64,000 bases of DNA, from contig OY761558.1 in assembly GCA_963664725.1 (NCBI GenBank), forward strand, positions 364,414-428,413, in the 5' to 3' direction. Origin of the DNA: Dehalococcoidia bacterium. GTDB taxonomy: Bacteria; Chloroflexota; Dehalococcoidia; Lucifugimonadales; UBA3495. How positions within the stretch are numbered: position 1 is the first letter of the stretch; each line of letters opens with the position of its first letter. The notes under the pieces are model-generated. The model ran no database searches. It saw only the letters and a list, made by a program, of their open reading frames with translations, and was not told where the DNA came from. Positions 27,600-36,158 of the stretch are shown piece by piece. A program made the position numbers and the translations under genes.

Positions 27600-27810
27600 T
27601 GGCGCAGAGCTAAGGTCCCAAGTTTCCGGGGCAGGTCTCCTGGCTTGCGGATCTCCGCTCCTCCGGCGCCTTCCCATCCCACGCATTCCTATTCCAAGGT
27701 TCAGGAACTGCATATAGGACAGTGGCATTGTGCCGGGGGCTTCCCGCTTACAGTGGCGCAACCGCTGCGGATTTTCACCGCCTTCCCAATTAGGCCGTTA
27801 CGGCACCCCG
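27600..27810 (-). promoter_or_regulatory. Cobalamin (AdoCbl) riboswitch aptamer
   Basis: The minus strand contains TGGGAAGGCGGTGAAAATCCGC, GCGCCACTGT, GCCACTGTCC...GGGATGGGAAGGCG, and the B12 box AAGCCAGGAGACCTGCC (plus-strand 27629-27645). Confidence 0.9.
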
Positions 27811-27861
27811 AAAACAACTAGTTTGTTAAGGTTGAAGCCGGACATCTGCCGGCTAATCGAT

Positions 27862-27890
27862 AATTTAAGCCTGTCGGCAACTATTGTCAA
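27862..27890 (-). promoter_or_regulatory. Sigma70-like promoter for the riboswitch operon
   Basis: Minus strand TTGACA (27890-27885), 17-nt spacer, TAAATT (27867-27862). Confidence 0.5.
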
Positions 27891-27991
27891 GGGAAATAAA
27901 CTGCTGCGGATAGTATTCCCGAGAGCGAATTCTGTCGTACTCGGGCTACCGGGAGCCATATTCCAATTATCTAGCGTCAGCCTCAACCTAA

Positions 27992-28020
27992 TTGACACCT
28001 GCCCTGCCATTCCCTATCTT
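27992..28020 (+). promoter_or_regulatory. Sigma70-like promoter for the divergent oxidoreductase gene
   Basis: TTGACA (27992-27997), 17-nt spacer, TATCTT (28015-28020). Confidence 0.45.
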
Positions 28021-28059
28021 TGGCACGTTGACACTCTTTCGCCATTTGGGAGGTGCTCC

Positions 28060-29100
28060 TTGGCATTCGGTTGGGGAATTGTAAGCACGGGAATGCATCC
28101 GGAAAACAAGATTGCGCCGGCCATCAACGCTGCCAGCGACGCCCGCTTGGTGGCCGTTTACAGCCGCGACCAGGGCCGGGCCGACGCCTTCGCATCCCGC
28201 CACAACGCCCAGGTCGCCTACAGTTCACTGGCCGACCTGCTGGCGGATAGCAGGGTGGACGGAGTGTTTATTTCGTCGCCCAACTCCCTCCACGCGGAAC
28301 AGGCAATCCAGGCGGCGGAGGCTGGCAAGCATATCCTCTCCGAAAAACCCATGACTACCACACTGGAAGACGCGGTGGCCATGGTGCGGGCCTGCCGGGA
28401 ACATGGCGTAAAGTTGGGGGTAGGCTTCGAACTTCGCCATAACCCCGGGCATATTATGGCCCGCGACCTGGTAGCCGATGGCTCCCTTGGCAGGATCACC
28501 ATGGCACAGGGCCAGTGGGGATTCGGCACCCGAGGCCAGGAGGTTTTCCCGCCCCGGGAAGGATTGAGGCAGTGGTGGGATGACCCTGAGGCCATTGGTG
28601 GCGCCTCCACTTTGATGGGCACCGGGGTCCACGTGATGGACCTGCTGCGGTTCGTACTGGACCAGGAAATCGTGGAAGTGGCCGCCATTACCGACGGCCA
28701 GACTACGGAGCGCCCCCTGGAACAGATTGCGGCCCTCTCCCTGCGCTTCAGCAACGGAACCCTGGGAACTCTGGTCTGCGGTCGACTGCTGCCGGACACC
28801 AGAAACGACCTGGCCATCTACGGCATAAACGGGCGATTCACCAGCCGGGAGACCGTCTGGGAGGCGCAAAAGGGTGACATCGAGGTGGTTTCAGACGCGG
28901 TGAACCGCACCGAATCCTACCCAGACAACTACCTGGGCAACTTCATCGCCCAGACAGATGACTTCCAGCAGGCTGTGGCCGAAGACCGTGAACCCGCCGC
29001 CACCGGAGTGGACGGCTTGCGGGTGGTAGAAACCACACTAGCCGCCATTGAATCGGCCCGCACCGGCAGGATAGTGAAGATAGAAGCGGTGAAAGTCTGA
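28060..29100 (+). CDS. Gfo/Idh/MocA-family NAD(P)-dependent oxidoreductase
   Basis: FGWGIVSTG...IAPAI..., SPNSLHAEQAI and EKPM. TTG start at 28060 with GGGAGG at 28048-28053. The ORF-track extension to 27730 runs through the riboswitch and promoters. Confidence 0.8.
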   Translation: MAFGWGIVSTGMHPENKIAPAINAASDARLVAVYSRDQGRADAFASRHNAQVAYSSLADLLADSRVDGVFISSPNSLHAEQAIQAAEAGKHILSEKPMTTTLEDAVAMVRACREHGVKLGVGFELRHNPGHIMARDLVADGSLGRITMAQGQWGFGTRGQEVFPPREGLRQWWDDPEAIGGASTLMGTGVHVMDLLRFVLDQEIVEVAAITDGQTTERPLEQIAALSLRFSNGTLGTLVCGRLLPDTRNDLAIYGINGRFTSRETVWEAQKGDIEVVSDAVNRTESYPDNYLGNFIAQTDDFQQAVAEDREPAATGVDGLRVVETTLAAIESARTGRIVKIEAVKV

Positions 29101-29155
29101 TACCACTGAGTACCTTGCCCAATCAATGACGGGTTCAGACGCCGTTCCTCCGGTC

Positions 29156-30700
29156 CTAACCACCTGTCCGTCTCCTTGGGCGCGGCCTCCCCAGGGCGAT
29201 GAGAAACATCACACTCTTGCCGGCGGCGTGGGGTGAGAAAAAGTCGGTCACGTCATCGTCAAAGAATGTTAGGCCCGAAGCCCCCAGGCGCAGGGCATAG
29301 GCGGCCAAGTACATCTTCCCCGCCCGTATTGCCGCCTCAGTCTGGGCCATGCGGTAGCCCCGGTTGCCATACCTTTCCAGAACGGCATTCAGGTCAGCTA
29401 GAAAGTAGACGTTGGCGCTGGCGTCAGCCGGCAATTCCTGCTGCAACCCAAGATAGCCCGCCTCCTGCCTGAACTCCCCCTCCTTTAGCTGCTCCAATGC
29501 CTTCAAATGGGGATGATAGACGTAGGAACCTGACGAAAGTCCGTCAACGTTATTGGCGATAATATATGCTTGAGTAACGCCCGACCCTGGGTGGTTGAGA
29601 AAATCGGCGGGAATGTCCTGGCTCCCACTGTTCAGGATGGTGGAAAGTTGGGCAAAGGTAATTGGTTCCCTCCGAAATCGCCGGCTGGAGCCCCTGCGAA
29701 CTATTACCGACTCAATCAATTCGTCCGGTTCTTCCCCATCAGGCAGCGGTATCAACCGGCCCGTGGGGCTTTCACCGTCAACTACGAGTGGGGCGCCGCG
29801 CAACGCCGCCGCCTCGTCCGCAGTCTCCAGGGTGCCCGACTCGTGAGCTTCAATTATTTGCGGGTATTCAACCTCCCTGGCCGAATAAGAGGCGACCTCC
29901 AAGTCTAGCGGCGTCATCTCCGGCATCGCATTGGGCGCCGTTGTACTGCCTCGCCCCACCGGAACCAGGTGCAGCGCAGCCTCCCTTGCAGTCTCCAGCC
30001 CCAACAAGTGGTTGACGTGGTAATCAACGAAGCTGGTCACCACTTGAAGAGGCAATCCGTAGGCTTTCCCCGTTGCCAGCAGGTTGGCCAGCAAGGTGCC
30101 GCTGTCCCAGTATGAGTGCCGATATGCGCGACTCTGGTAATTCCAGGCGTTGCGCCAGTAAACGGAACTGGTAACCAGGATAGCCGGCGCCTCAGCGACC
30201 GCAGGTTCGTTGCCCGATGCATCGACCAGCGCCTTTCGGTAATCACCCTGGCGCATTTGCCGCAGGGAGAAGTCGTGGGGCCCAAAGTGATATACCCCTG
30301 CCTCCAGCCCCTCCATTTCGCCACACACCAGGTACAGCTCAATGTGGTAGAGGGCTCCGGTGCAGGCCGCCGCCCTGAAGAAGATCTGGCCCCCAGGCAC
30401 AATTCCTCTTTTGGTAATCCCGGCAGAGTAGTAGAGCAGCCCGGCCAGGCGCCGCAGATCCAGGTCAGTGTTTTCCGTCCCATCCGGCGACGTCAGGGCT
30501 GACAATGCCGCCACATCGCTGGAAACCAGGTCTGTGGGAAGCCGCCGGCCCTCCACTGCGGGATAGATCTTGAAAGGCGATGGCTGGTTATTCCAGTCCA
30601 GGTAGTGGTTGGAGGTATGGATACTGTGCCAGGAATGCTTGGTGGAGTTATGGTAATTCCACGCCGCCTGGGTGTCTCTGTTCTTCGATGCCGTCGCCAT
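29156..30700 (-). CDS. SagB/ThcOx-type dehydrogenase with two nitroreductase-like domains
   Basis: N-terminal half has WNYHNSTKHS...LDWNNQPSPFKIYP. C-terminal half has VIVRRGSSRRFRREPITFAQL. Start at ATG 30700; the ORF is open to 30784. Confidence 0.7.
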   Translation of the reverse strand: MATASKNRDTQAAWNYHNSTKHSWHSIHTSNHYLDWNNQPSPFKIYPAVEGRRLPTDLVSSDVAALSALTSPDGTENTDLDLRRLAGLLYYSAGITKRGIVPGGQIFFRAAACTGALYHIELYLVCGEMEGLEAGVYHFGPHDFSLRQMRQGDYRKALVDASGNEPAVAEAPAILVTSSVYWRNAWNYQSRAYRHSYWDSGTLLANLLATGKAYGLPLQVVTSFVDYHVNHLLGLETAREAALHLVPVGRGSTTAPNAMPEMTPLDLEVASYSAREVEYPQIIEAHESGTLETADEAAALRGAPLVVDGESPTGRLIPLPDGEEPDELIESVIVRRGSSRRFRREPITFAQLSTILNSGSQDIPADFLNHPGSGVTQAYIIANNVDGLSSGSYVYHPHLKALEQLKEGEFRQEAGYLGLQQELPADASANVYFLADLNAVLERYGNRGYRMAQTEAAIRAGKMYLAAYALRLGASGLTFFDDDVTDFFSPHAAGKSVMFLIALGRPRPRRRTGG

Positions 30701-30747
30701 GCTGCGCCCCTGTCTTATCGGCACTCTCGCCGGATGAATCGGCTCGC

Positions 30748-30781
30748 TAAAATAGTCGGGCCGGGCAGTGATGCCCGGCCC
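30748..30781 (-). terminator. GC-rich hairpin with a weak T-run between the Ubl gene and the SagB-like gene (attenuator or partial terminator?)
   Basis: The minus strand reads GGGCCGGGCATCACTGCCCGGCCC followed by GACTATTTTA. Confidence 0.35.
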
Positions 30782-30813
30782 CATGATTCCTGAATTCCTG
30801 AACCAACTGTGGA

Positions 30814-31092
30814 TCAGCCGCCGCCGATGGCAGGGAGAAAGTGCACCTCGCTGGTCTCCTGCACACGCTCCAACAGCCCAATCTGGCTGGCTTCACCATC
30901 AACTATTACGGCAATCCCTACCTGCAGGTCATCTTCTTCCTCGTCGTAAAGGACCGCCTTGACTCCAGGAAACTGATCCTCCAGGTTGTTGATGACCTGC
31001 CGGACCGTTCTCCCTTCAACCTGGACCCGGTTCTGACCACCGGTCAGGCTCTGCATGGTAGTGGGTATCCAAACCTCAGGCATGCCGTTCAC
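30814..31092 (-). CDS. ThiS/MoaD-family ubiquitin-fold (beta-grasp) protein with C-terminal GG
   Basis: 92 aa ending ...EVHFLPAIGGG. The MoaD-like pattern is ...LTGGQNRVQVEGRTVRQVINNLEDQFPG.... GTG at 31092 or ATG at 31083. Confidence 0.75.
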   Translation of the reverse strand: MNGMPEVWIPTTMQSLTGGQNRVQVEGRTVRQVINNLEDQFPGVKAVLYDEEEDDLQVGIAVIVDGEASQIGLLERVQETSEVHFLPAIGGG

Positions 31093-31105
31093 TCGCTGTT
31101 AAGGT

Positions 31106-33439
31106 CTAGCTGGCGCCGTTTTCCTTGCTCCAAAGCGCCTCGAGGACGCTGCCAGGGTTCATCGGCAGGCTGTTCATTCGGACACCGATAGCCTGGTAGA
31201 GAGCGTTGGATATGGCTGCCATCGGAGGTACGATGCACACTTCGCCTACACCGCGCACCCCGTAGGGATGGTTGGGGTTGGCGACCTCGACGATCACCGT
31301 GTCGATCATGGGCAGGTCCAGGGACGTGGGCATCCGGTAATCCAGGTAGCTGGAATTAACCATGTGACCCTGGTCATTAATGAAGTACTCTTCGTTAAGA
31401 GCCCATCCGATGCCCTGCGCCACGCCACCCTGGATCTGGCCTTCCACGTAGCTGGGATGGATCGCCTTGCCCGCATCCTGGAGGGCGGTGTACCGGAGGA
31501 TGGTAACCTTACCGGTATCTGGGTCAACTTCCAGGTCTACAATGTGCGTGCCGATGGCCGGCCCTGCACCGCCGGGATTAACGCCGGCGCTGCCCACGAT
31601 AGGGCCCCCGGTGCCATTCTGGCGGGCAGCCATTTGCTGGAAGGTCAGCCTAAGTTCGGGATCGGACTTGTGCTGCAGCACGCCATCCACGTACTCCACG
31701 TCATCAATCGTTACTTCCCACAATTTGGCGGCGCGTTCCATCATCTGCTGCTTGATGTCCTGGGCGGCGGTGTAGCAGGCAAAGCCGGTCTTGAAAGTAA
31801 CACCGCTGCCGCCGGTGTTCGAGGTAAAGCCAATAGAGTCAGTGTCGCCTATGCGGGAGCTAATGTCTTCCATGGGAATTCCCAGCACCTCGGCCATCTG
31901 CTGGGACACGGAGGCACGGGTGCCTCCGATATCGGGGGAACCCTCGGTCAGGCTGATCTTGCCATCGGGTTGAACCAGGGCCACCGCACTGGATGGTCCG
32001 GTGTTGTTGCCCCAGAATCCGCTGGCCACACCCCGGCCACGATAAGGGCCTTCAAGGGGTTCCGAGTAATGAGGATGGGCCTTGGCCGCTTCCAGGGTCT
32101 CAATGAATCCTACCCTGGGCATCAAGGGACCGGTTACGCGGCGGACACCCTCCTTGGAACTGTTGAGCAGGCGGAAGTCGATGGGGTCCATCCCGATCTT
32201 CTCGCAAATTTCGTCGATGGCAGTTTCCATGGCGAAGGCGGCGGCGGGAGAACCTGGCGCTCGATAAGCTGACGTCTTGGGCCGATTCACCACTATGTCG
32301 TAGCCTTCAACGAAGGCGTTGGGTATGTCGTAGGCCGACATCATGCACTGGGCGCCGCCGGCAACTGGTGAGCCGGGGAAGGCGCCAGCCTCGAATATCA
32401 GTGTGGCAGATGCGCCGGTAATCTTGCCTTCCTTGGTCGCGCCCAGCTTGACGGAAATGTAGGTGCCGGAAGTGGGGCCGGAAGCCTCAAAAACCTCGGT
32501 GCGATTCATGGACATCTTGACCGGAGCGCCTGCCTTGCGGGCCAGAAGGGCCGCCACAGGTTCCATGTACATGGTCAACTTAGCGCCGAACCCACCGCCG
32601 ATCTCCATGGGAATGGCCTTGACCTTGGACACCGGAACACCACAAAGCCGGGCGGTGTATTCCCGAACGGTGAACTGGCCCTGGCTGCTGGACCATACGG
32701 TGAGGCTGCCGTCCTCGTGCCACTGGGCGGTGCCGCTGTGGGGCTCAATGTAGCCCTGGTGCACGGCCACGGTGGCAACTTCCTTCTCCACAACTACGTC
32801 TGCCTGGTTGAACCCTTCATCCGGGTCGCCCAGCTTGAATTCAAAGTGGTTGGCGATGTTGGTGCCCTTCGTGGCATCGTCGTCGTCCAGGACACCGCCA
32901 GCCCGAATGCTGGAGGTCGTCAATCCAGCCAGACGCTCGTGTACCAGCGGGGCGCCTTCCATCATTGCTTCCTTGGCGTCCATCACCGGCGTCAGGACCT
33001 CAAAGTCGACCTCAATCAACTTGAGGGCCTCTTCCGCCACGTGGGGATTGGCTGCGGCAACGGCGGCAATGGCATGTCCCTTGTATAGGGCTTTGCCATC
33101 GGCTATTACGTTGTTGCTGAGGAACTTGTAGTTGACCATTGCGCCCTCGGCAAGTTCCGAAGCCCGGCCGGAGGGTTTCTCGATATCGGCGGAAGTTACC
33201 ACGGCCCGAACGCCGGGGAGGGCTTCAGCCTTGCTGGTGTCGATGGACTTGATTATGGCGTGGGCGTGGGGGCTGCGCAGCACTTTGCCGTAGAGCATTC
33301 CTGGCAGGTTGATGTCAGCGCTATAGTTAGCCTTGCCGGTAACCTTGTCGGCCCCGTCCGGCCTCACCGGCCTTGTTCCCACAACCTTGTATTCCTGTTC
33401 ATCATTGGAAAGGACAATGTTTGGCTTGTAGTCGAGCAT
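31106..33439 (-). CDS. Xanthine dehydrogenase/CoxL-family molybdopterin-binding large subunit
   Basis: YKVVGTRPVRPDGADKVTGKANYSADINLPGMLYGKVLRSPHAHA and family blocks throughout. Start at ATG 33439 with GGAGGAA upstream. No fused 2Fe-2S domain. Confidence 0.85.
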   Translation of the reverse strand: MLDYKPNIVLSNDEQEYKVVGTRPVRPDGADKVTGKANYSADINLPGMLYGKVLRSPHAHAIIKSIDTSKAEALPGVRAVVTSADIEKPSGRASELAEGAMVNYKFLSNNVIADGKALYKGHAIAAVAAANPHVAEEALKLIEVDFEVLTPVMDAKEAMMEGAPLVHERLAGLTTSSIRAGGVLDDDDATKGTNIANHFEFKLGDPDEGFNQADVVVEKEVATVAVHQGYIEPHSGTAQWHEDGSLTVWSSSQGQFTVREYTARLCGVPVSKVKAIPMEIGGGFGAKLTMYMEPVAALLARKAGAPVKMSMNRTEVFEASGPTSGTYISVKLGATKEGKITGASATLIFEAGAFPGSPVAGGAQCMMSAYDIPNAFVEGYDIVVNRPKTSAYRAPGSPAAAFAMETAIDEICEKIGMDPIDFRLLNSSKEGVRRVTGPLMPRVGFIETLEAAKAHPHYSEPLEGPYRGRGVASGFWGNNTGPSSAVALVQPDGKISLTEGSPDIGGTRASVSQQMAEVLGIPMEDISSRIGDTDSIGFTSNTGGSGVTFKTGFACYTAAQDIKQQMMERAAKLWEVTIDDVEYVDGVLQHKSDPELRLTFQQMAARQNGTGGPIVGSAGVNPGGAGPAIGTHIVDLEVDPDTGKVTILRYTALQDAGKAIHPSYVEGQIQGGVAQGIGWALNEEYFINDQGHMVNSSYLDYRMPTSLDLPMIDTVIVEVANPNHPYGVRGVGEVCIVPPMAAISNALYQAIGVRMNSLPMNPGSVLEALWSKENGAS

Positions 33440-33567
33440 CTGTTCCTCCACCTTCCTGTGTCTGGAGTTTAGACAAGTATCCGCAATATGGCAGCAAATA
33501 TCAAGGGCCGCCAATACACAGGCGCAATTCTAACACAGATTTAACCTGTCCCAACTGGTGTCCGCAG

Positions 33568-34368
33568 TCAGTCCAATGGGCGGCCCCGCCAGTATCGGGT
33601 GGGGTTGGCAGGCGAAGATGGAGGTCTCCCGGTTGGCAGTACAGGTTGCCCAGTCAGCAACTTGTAAACAGCTATAATTGCTACTCCGGCCACAAATCCG
33701 CCCACGTGGGCCCAGAAGGCAACGCTCACCTGGGCCGACACCCCAAATGCCAGCAAAGCCTGCACCAGTTGCCAGGCGAACCAGAATCCTAGCAGCCAAA
33801 ACGCAGACAACCGTATAACCGTTATGAAATAGAAGATGACGAGCGAATTGATGCGGTTCCTGGGATACAACATGAGATAGGCGCCCATTACTCCCGCGAT
33901 AGCTCCGCTGGCCCCCACCAGGGGAATGGGCGAAGAGGGCTCCACCAGCCAGTGGCACAACGCCGCCACAACCCCTGTTACGAAATAAAACAGTACGTAC
34001 CATACGTGCCCCAGGCGGGCTTCCAGGTTGCCCCCGAATACCCATAGAAACATCATATTGCCAGCCAGGTGAAGCAGTCCTCCGTGGATGAACATGGACG
34101 TAACCAGGGTGCCCCAGGTCGGAATGGGAGTGTCAATATCTCCGGCGGACATGAAGGAGTCGTAGGCTATACCCTGGGTCAGCTCTCGCGGGATAAAGCC
34201 CCAGGTCAGAAAGAACAGGGTCAACTGCAGCCCGTCGGCGCCAAACAGAAAACCCAGCCCTCCCAAAACCAGTTCATAAATGAAAACCAGCAAGTTCAAC
34301 CCAATGATGACCTTGTTGACCTGAGCAGCTGGCTTTAGCGGCGCGTCAGCATCGGAAAGAGGGATCAT
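33568..34368 (-). CDS. Rhomboid-family intramembrane serine protease
   Basis: FIHGGLLHLAGNMMFLWVFG, GASGAIAGVMGAY, and the catalytic His in AHVGGF. Confidence 0.85.
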   Translation of the reverse strand: MIPLSDADAPLKPAAQVNKVIIGLNLLVFIYELVLGGLGFLFGADGLQLTLFFLTWGFIPRELTQGIAYDSFMSAGDIDTPIPTWGTLVTSMFIHGGLLHLAGNMMFLWVFGGNLEARLGHVWYVLFYFVTGVVAALCHWLVEPSSPIPLVGASGAIAGVMGAYLMLYPRNRINSLVIFYFITVIRLSAFWLLGFWFAWQLVQALLAFGVSAQVSVAFWAHVGGFVAGVAIIAVYKLLTGQPVLPTGRPPSSPANPTRYWRGRPLD

Positions 34369-34514
34369 TCGGTAACAGCTTTTGAACTCGGCTCTCGGAA
34401 AGACAAGGCGACTACTCGGGTGAAGTCAGGGTCAATCCGGGCTCAGAAAGGCCTGATCTGATACGGCTTGCCGAGGCGAGCATAGAACGGGGATAAGGCT
34501 GGTGCGCCGTCCGA

Positions 34515-35237
34515 CTAGGCCGGCACACCCTCGGGGGAATGCCTCATGTCTTCAGCAGCGTGCACCACCATTTCGGCCGCGATTTCTGGCCGTATGAGTG
34601 CGCCGTTGAGAATGATGTGGAACAGTTCCGGGTCGTTGGCGTTAACTCGGAAGAACTTGCGGAAGAAAGCTAACCGGGCCTCTTCCAGTTCGAGCACGTA
34701 TTTGGTCGCCTCCTGGCGGTTGTAATGTTCACGAGTCATGATATTTTCTATCCTGGATTCCAGGGGAGCCAGCAGCCCGACATGCAAAACGCCGGGAAAG
34801 CCGGAGAGGATCATGTTGCCGCCGCGGCCGATAATCACCACATCGCCGGCGGTGGCCAGTTCTCTTACCACGGCACTGGTGGCATCAATAAAGGCCTTGT
34901 CGTTCACGGTCTGGGCAGAAGAAGGGGAATCAACCAGCAATTCCGTATAGGTCTCTGCCGGCAGCATTTCTGTTCCGTGGCCAAAGTAGGGTTCGCCACC
35001 CACTCCAGAAATAGCCGAACGTTCCAGCATAGTCTGCAGGAACCGGCCCAGGCGCTCACGGAACCGGATGATCCGCTGCTCCTTTTCCATAAGGTTGCCG
35101 ACGGGGGAACCGATGCGGCGGGCTGCTTCCGCAATGACCATACGGTCCACATAGTTAATCCCCAAACGCTCTGCCACCATCTGGCCAACTTCAAAGCTGC
35201 CGCTGCCGATAGGGCCGTTAATCGTTATCACTGCCAT
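34515..35237 (-). CDS. Cytidylate kinase-like family P-loop protein
   Basis: MAVITINGPIGSGSFEVGQMVAERLGINYVDR. Start at ATG 35237; the ORF is open to 35285. Confidence 0.65.
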   Translation of the reverse strand: MAVITINGPIGSGSFEVGQMVAERLGINYVDRMVIAEAARRIGSPVGNLMEKEQRIIRFRERLGRFLQTMLERSAISGVGGEPYFGHGTEMLPAETYTELLVDSPSSAQTVNDKAFIDATSAVVRELATAGDVVIIGRGGNMILSGFPGVLHVGLLAPLESRIENIMTREHYNRQEATKYVLELEEARLAFFRKFFRVNANDPELFHIILNGALIRPEIAAEMVVHAAEDMRHSPEGVPA

Positions 35238-35316
35238 GCCAATCACCTTGGTCAGGATATTGTGTACGGACCAAAAAGGAACCACGGGGCCTGCCCTGGC
35301 CCCCAGGCGGCTGTCG

Positions 35317-35901
35317 TTATGCGGCGCCCGATTCCATCAACCTGGCCCGGCGTCTCTCATATTCGTCTGACAGCAATCCCATAGCGAAGGAGTCGTACCA
35401 GGAATCCCCCTTGCGGCGGGTCTTGCGAAAATGTCCTTCCAGGACAAATCCCACGTGCCGGCACAGTCGGAGGGCATGCTCATTATATTCGGGCACGTCC
35501 ACCCAAACCCTGTGAAGATCATAATTGCTGTATGCCTCGTCGAGCAGGGCAATAAGTGCCGAGGTACCGAAGTGGTGGTGCCAGAGGTCTTTACGCCCGA
35601 TGATCAGCGAAAGCTGGGCCTCCAGCAGGGCCCATTCAAACTCCAATTGGCCCTCGCCGATGTGCTCCCCTTCCGTCGTATATACGGAAAATACTCTCCG
35701 GTACTCCTCGTCAGGAATAGATTCGTCCCACTTGTCCTCCGGCGCGTCGAGCACTTCACTCGGCGAGTAACCAATGTGAATGGGGTCCCCCTTCTCGTCC
35801 TCGCCGAACCACAGTGCATTCACTTCAGGGTCGTCCAGCCATCCGGCCACGCGTTGCACGTCTTCGCGGGTCAGTGACACTAATCTGATCTGTGGAAACA
35901 T
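35317..35901 (-). CDS. GNAT-family N-acetyltransferase (RimJ/RimL-like)
   Basis: ...LWHHHFGTSALIALLDEAY...HRVWVDVPEYNEHALRLCRHVGFVLEG. Start at ATG 35901. Confidence 0.7.
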   Translation of the reverse strand: MFPQIRLVSLTREDVQRVAGWLDDPEVNALWFGEDEKGDPIHIGYSPSEVLDAPEDKWDESIPDEEYRRVFSVYTTEGEHIGEGQLEFEWALLEAQLSLIIGRKDLWHHHFGTSALIALLDEAYSNYDLHRVWVDVPEYNEHALRLCRHVGFVLEGHFRKTRRKGDSWYDSFAMGLLSDEYERRRARLMESGAA

Positions 35902-36069
35902 GGACTCACCCCGCAGAAATTTACGTCTATTGTTCATTCGTAGGGTTACGCAATTCTAGCCGGAACCTTCCCTTGAGGCTAGTATCTATCATTTGCCAGT
36001 CAAAATCAATTGGCATAATAGGTAAAATCATAAATTGCCAACTATAACCAGGGAAACGAGCCAAAAAGA

Positions 36070-36101
36070 AAGGACAGGCTCTTTGACCAAGCCTGCCCTA
36101 C
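36070..36101 (-). terminator. Hairpin plus T-run after the DAHP synthase gene (also fits the GCCC-TAC hairpin family)
   Basis: The minus strand reads AGGGCAGGCTTGGTCAAAGAGCCTGTCCTTTCTTTTTGG. Confidence 0.5.
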
Positions 36102-36158
36102 CCTTTGTGTCCATCTCGCCGTGTCCTGGGGCGGAACCAATACGCTCCTAGACGGTGG

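Noticed and set aside
27730-28059. N-terminal 110-codon extension of the Gfo/Idh/MocA ORF.
   Set aside because: It overlaps the cobalamin riboswitch and two promoter-like elements. The Rossmann N-terminus begins right after TTG 28060, which has a GGGAGG Shine-Dalgarno sequence.
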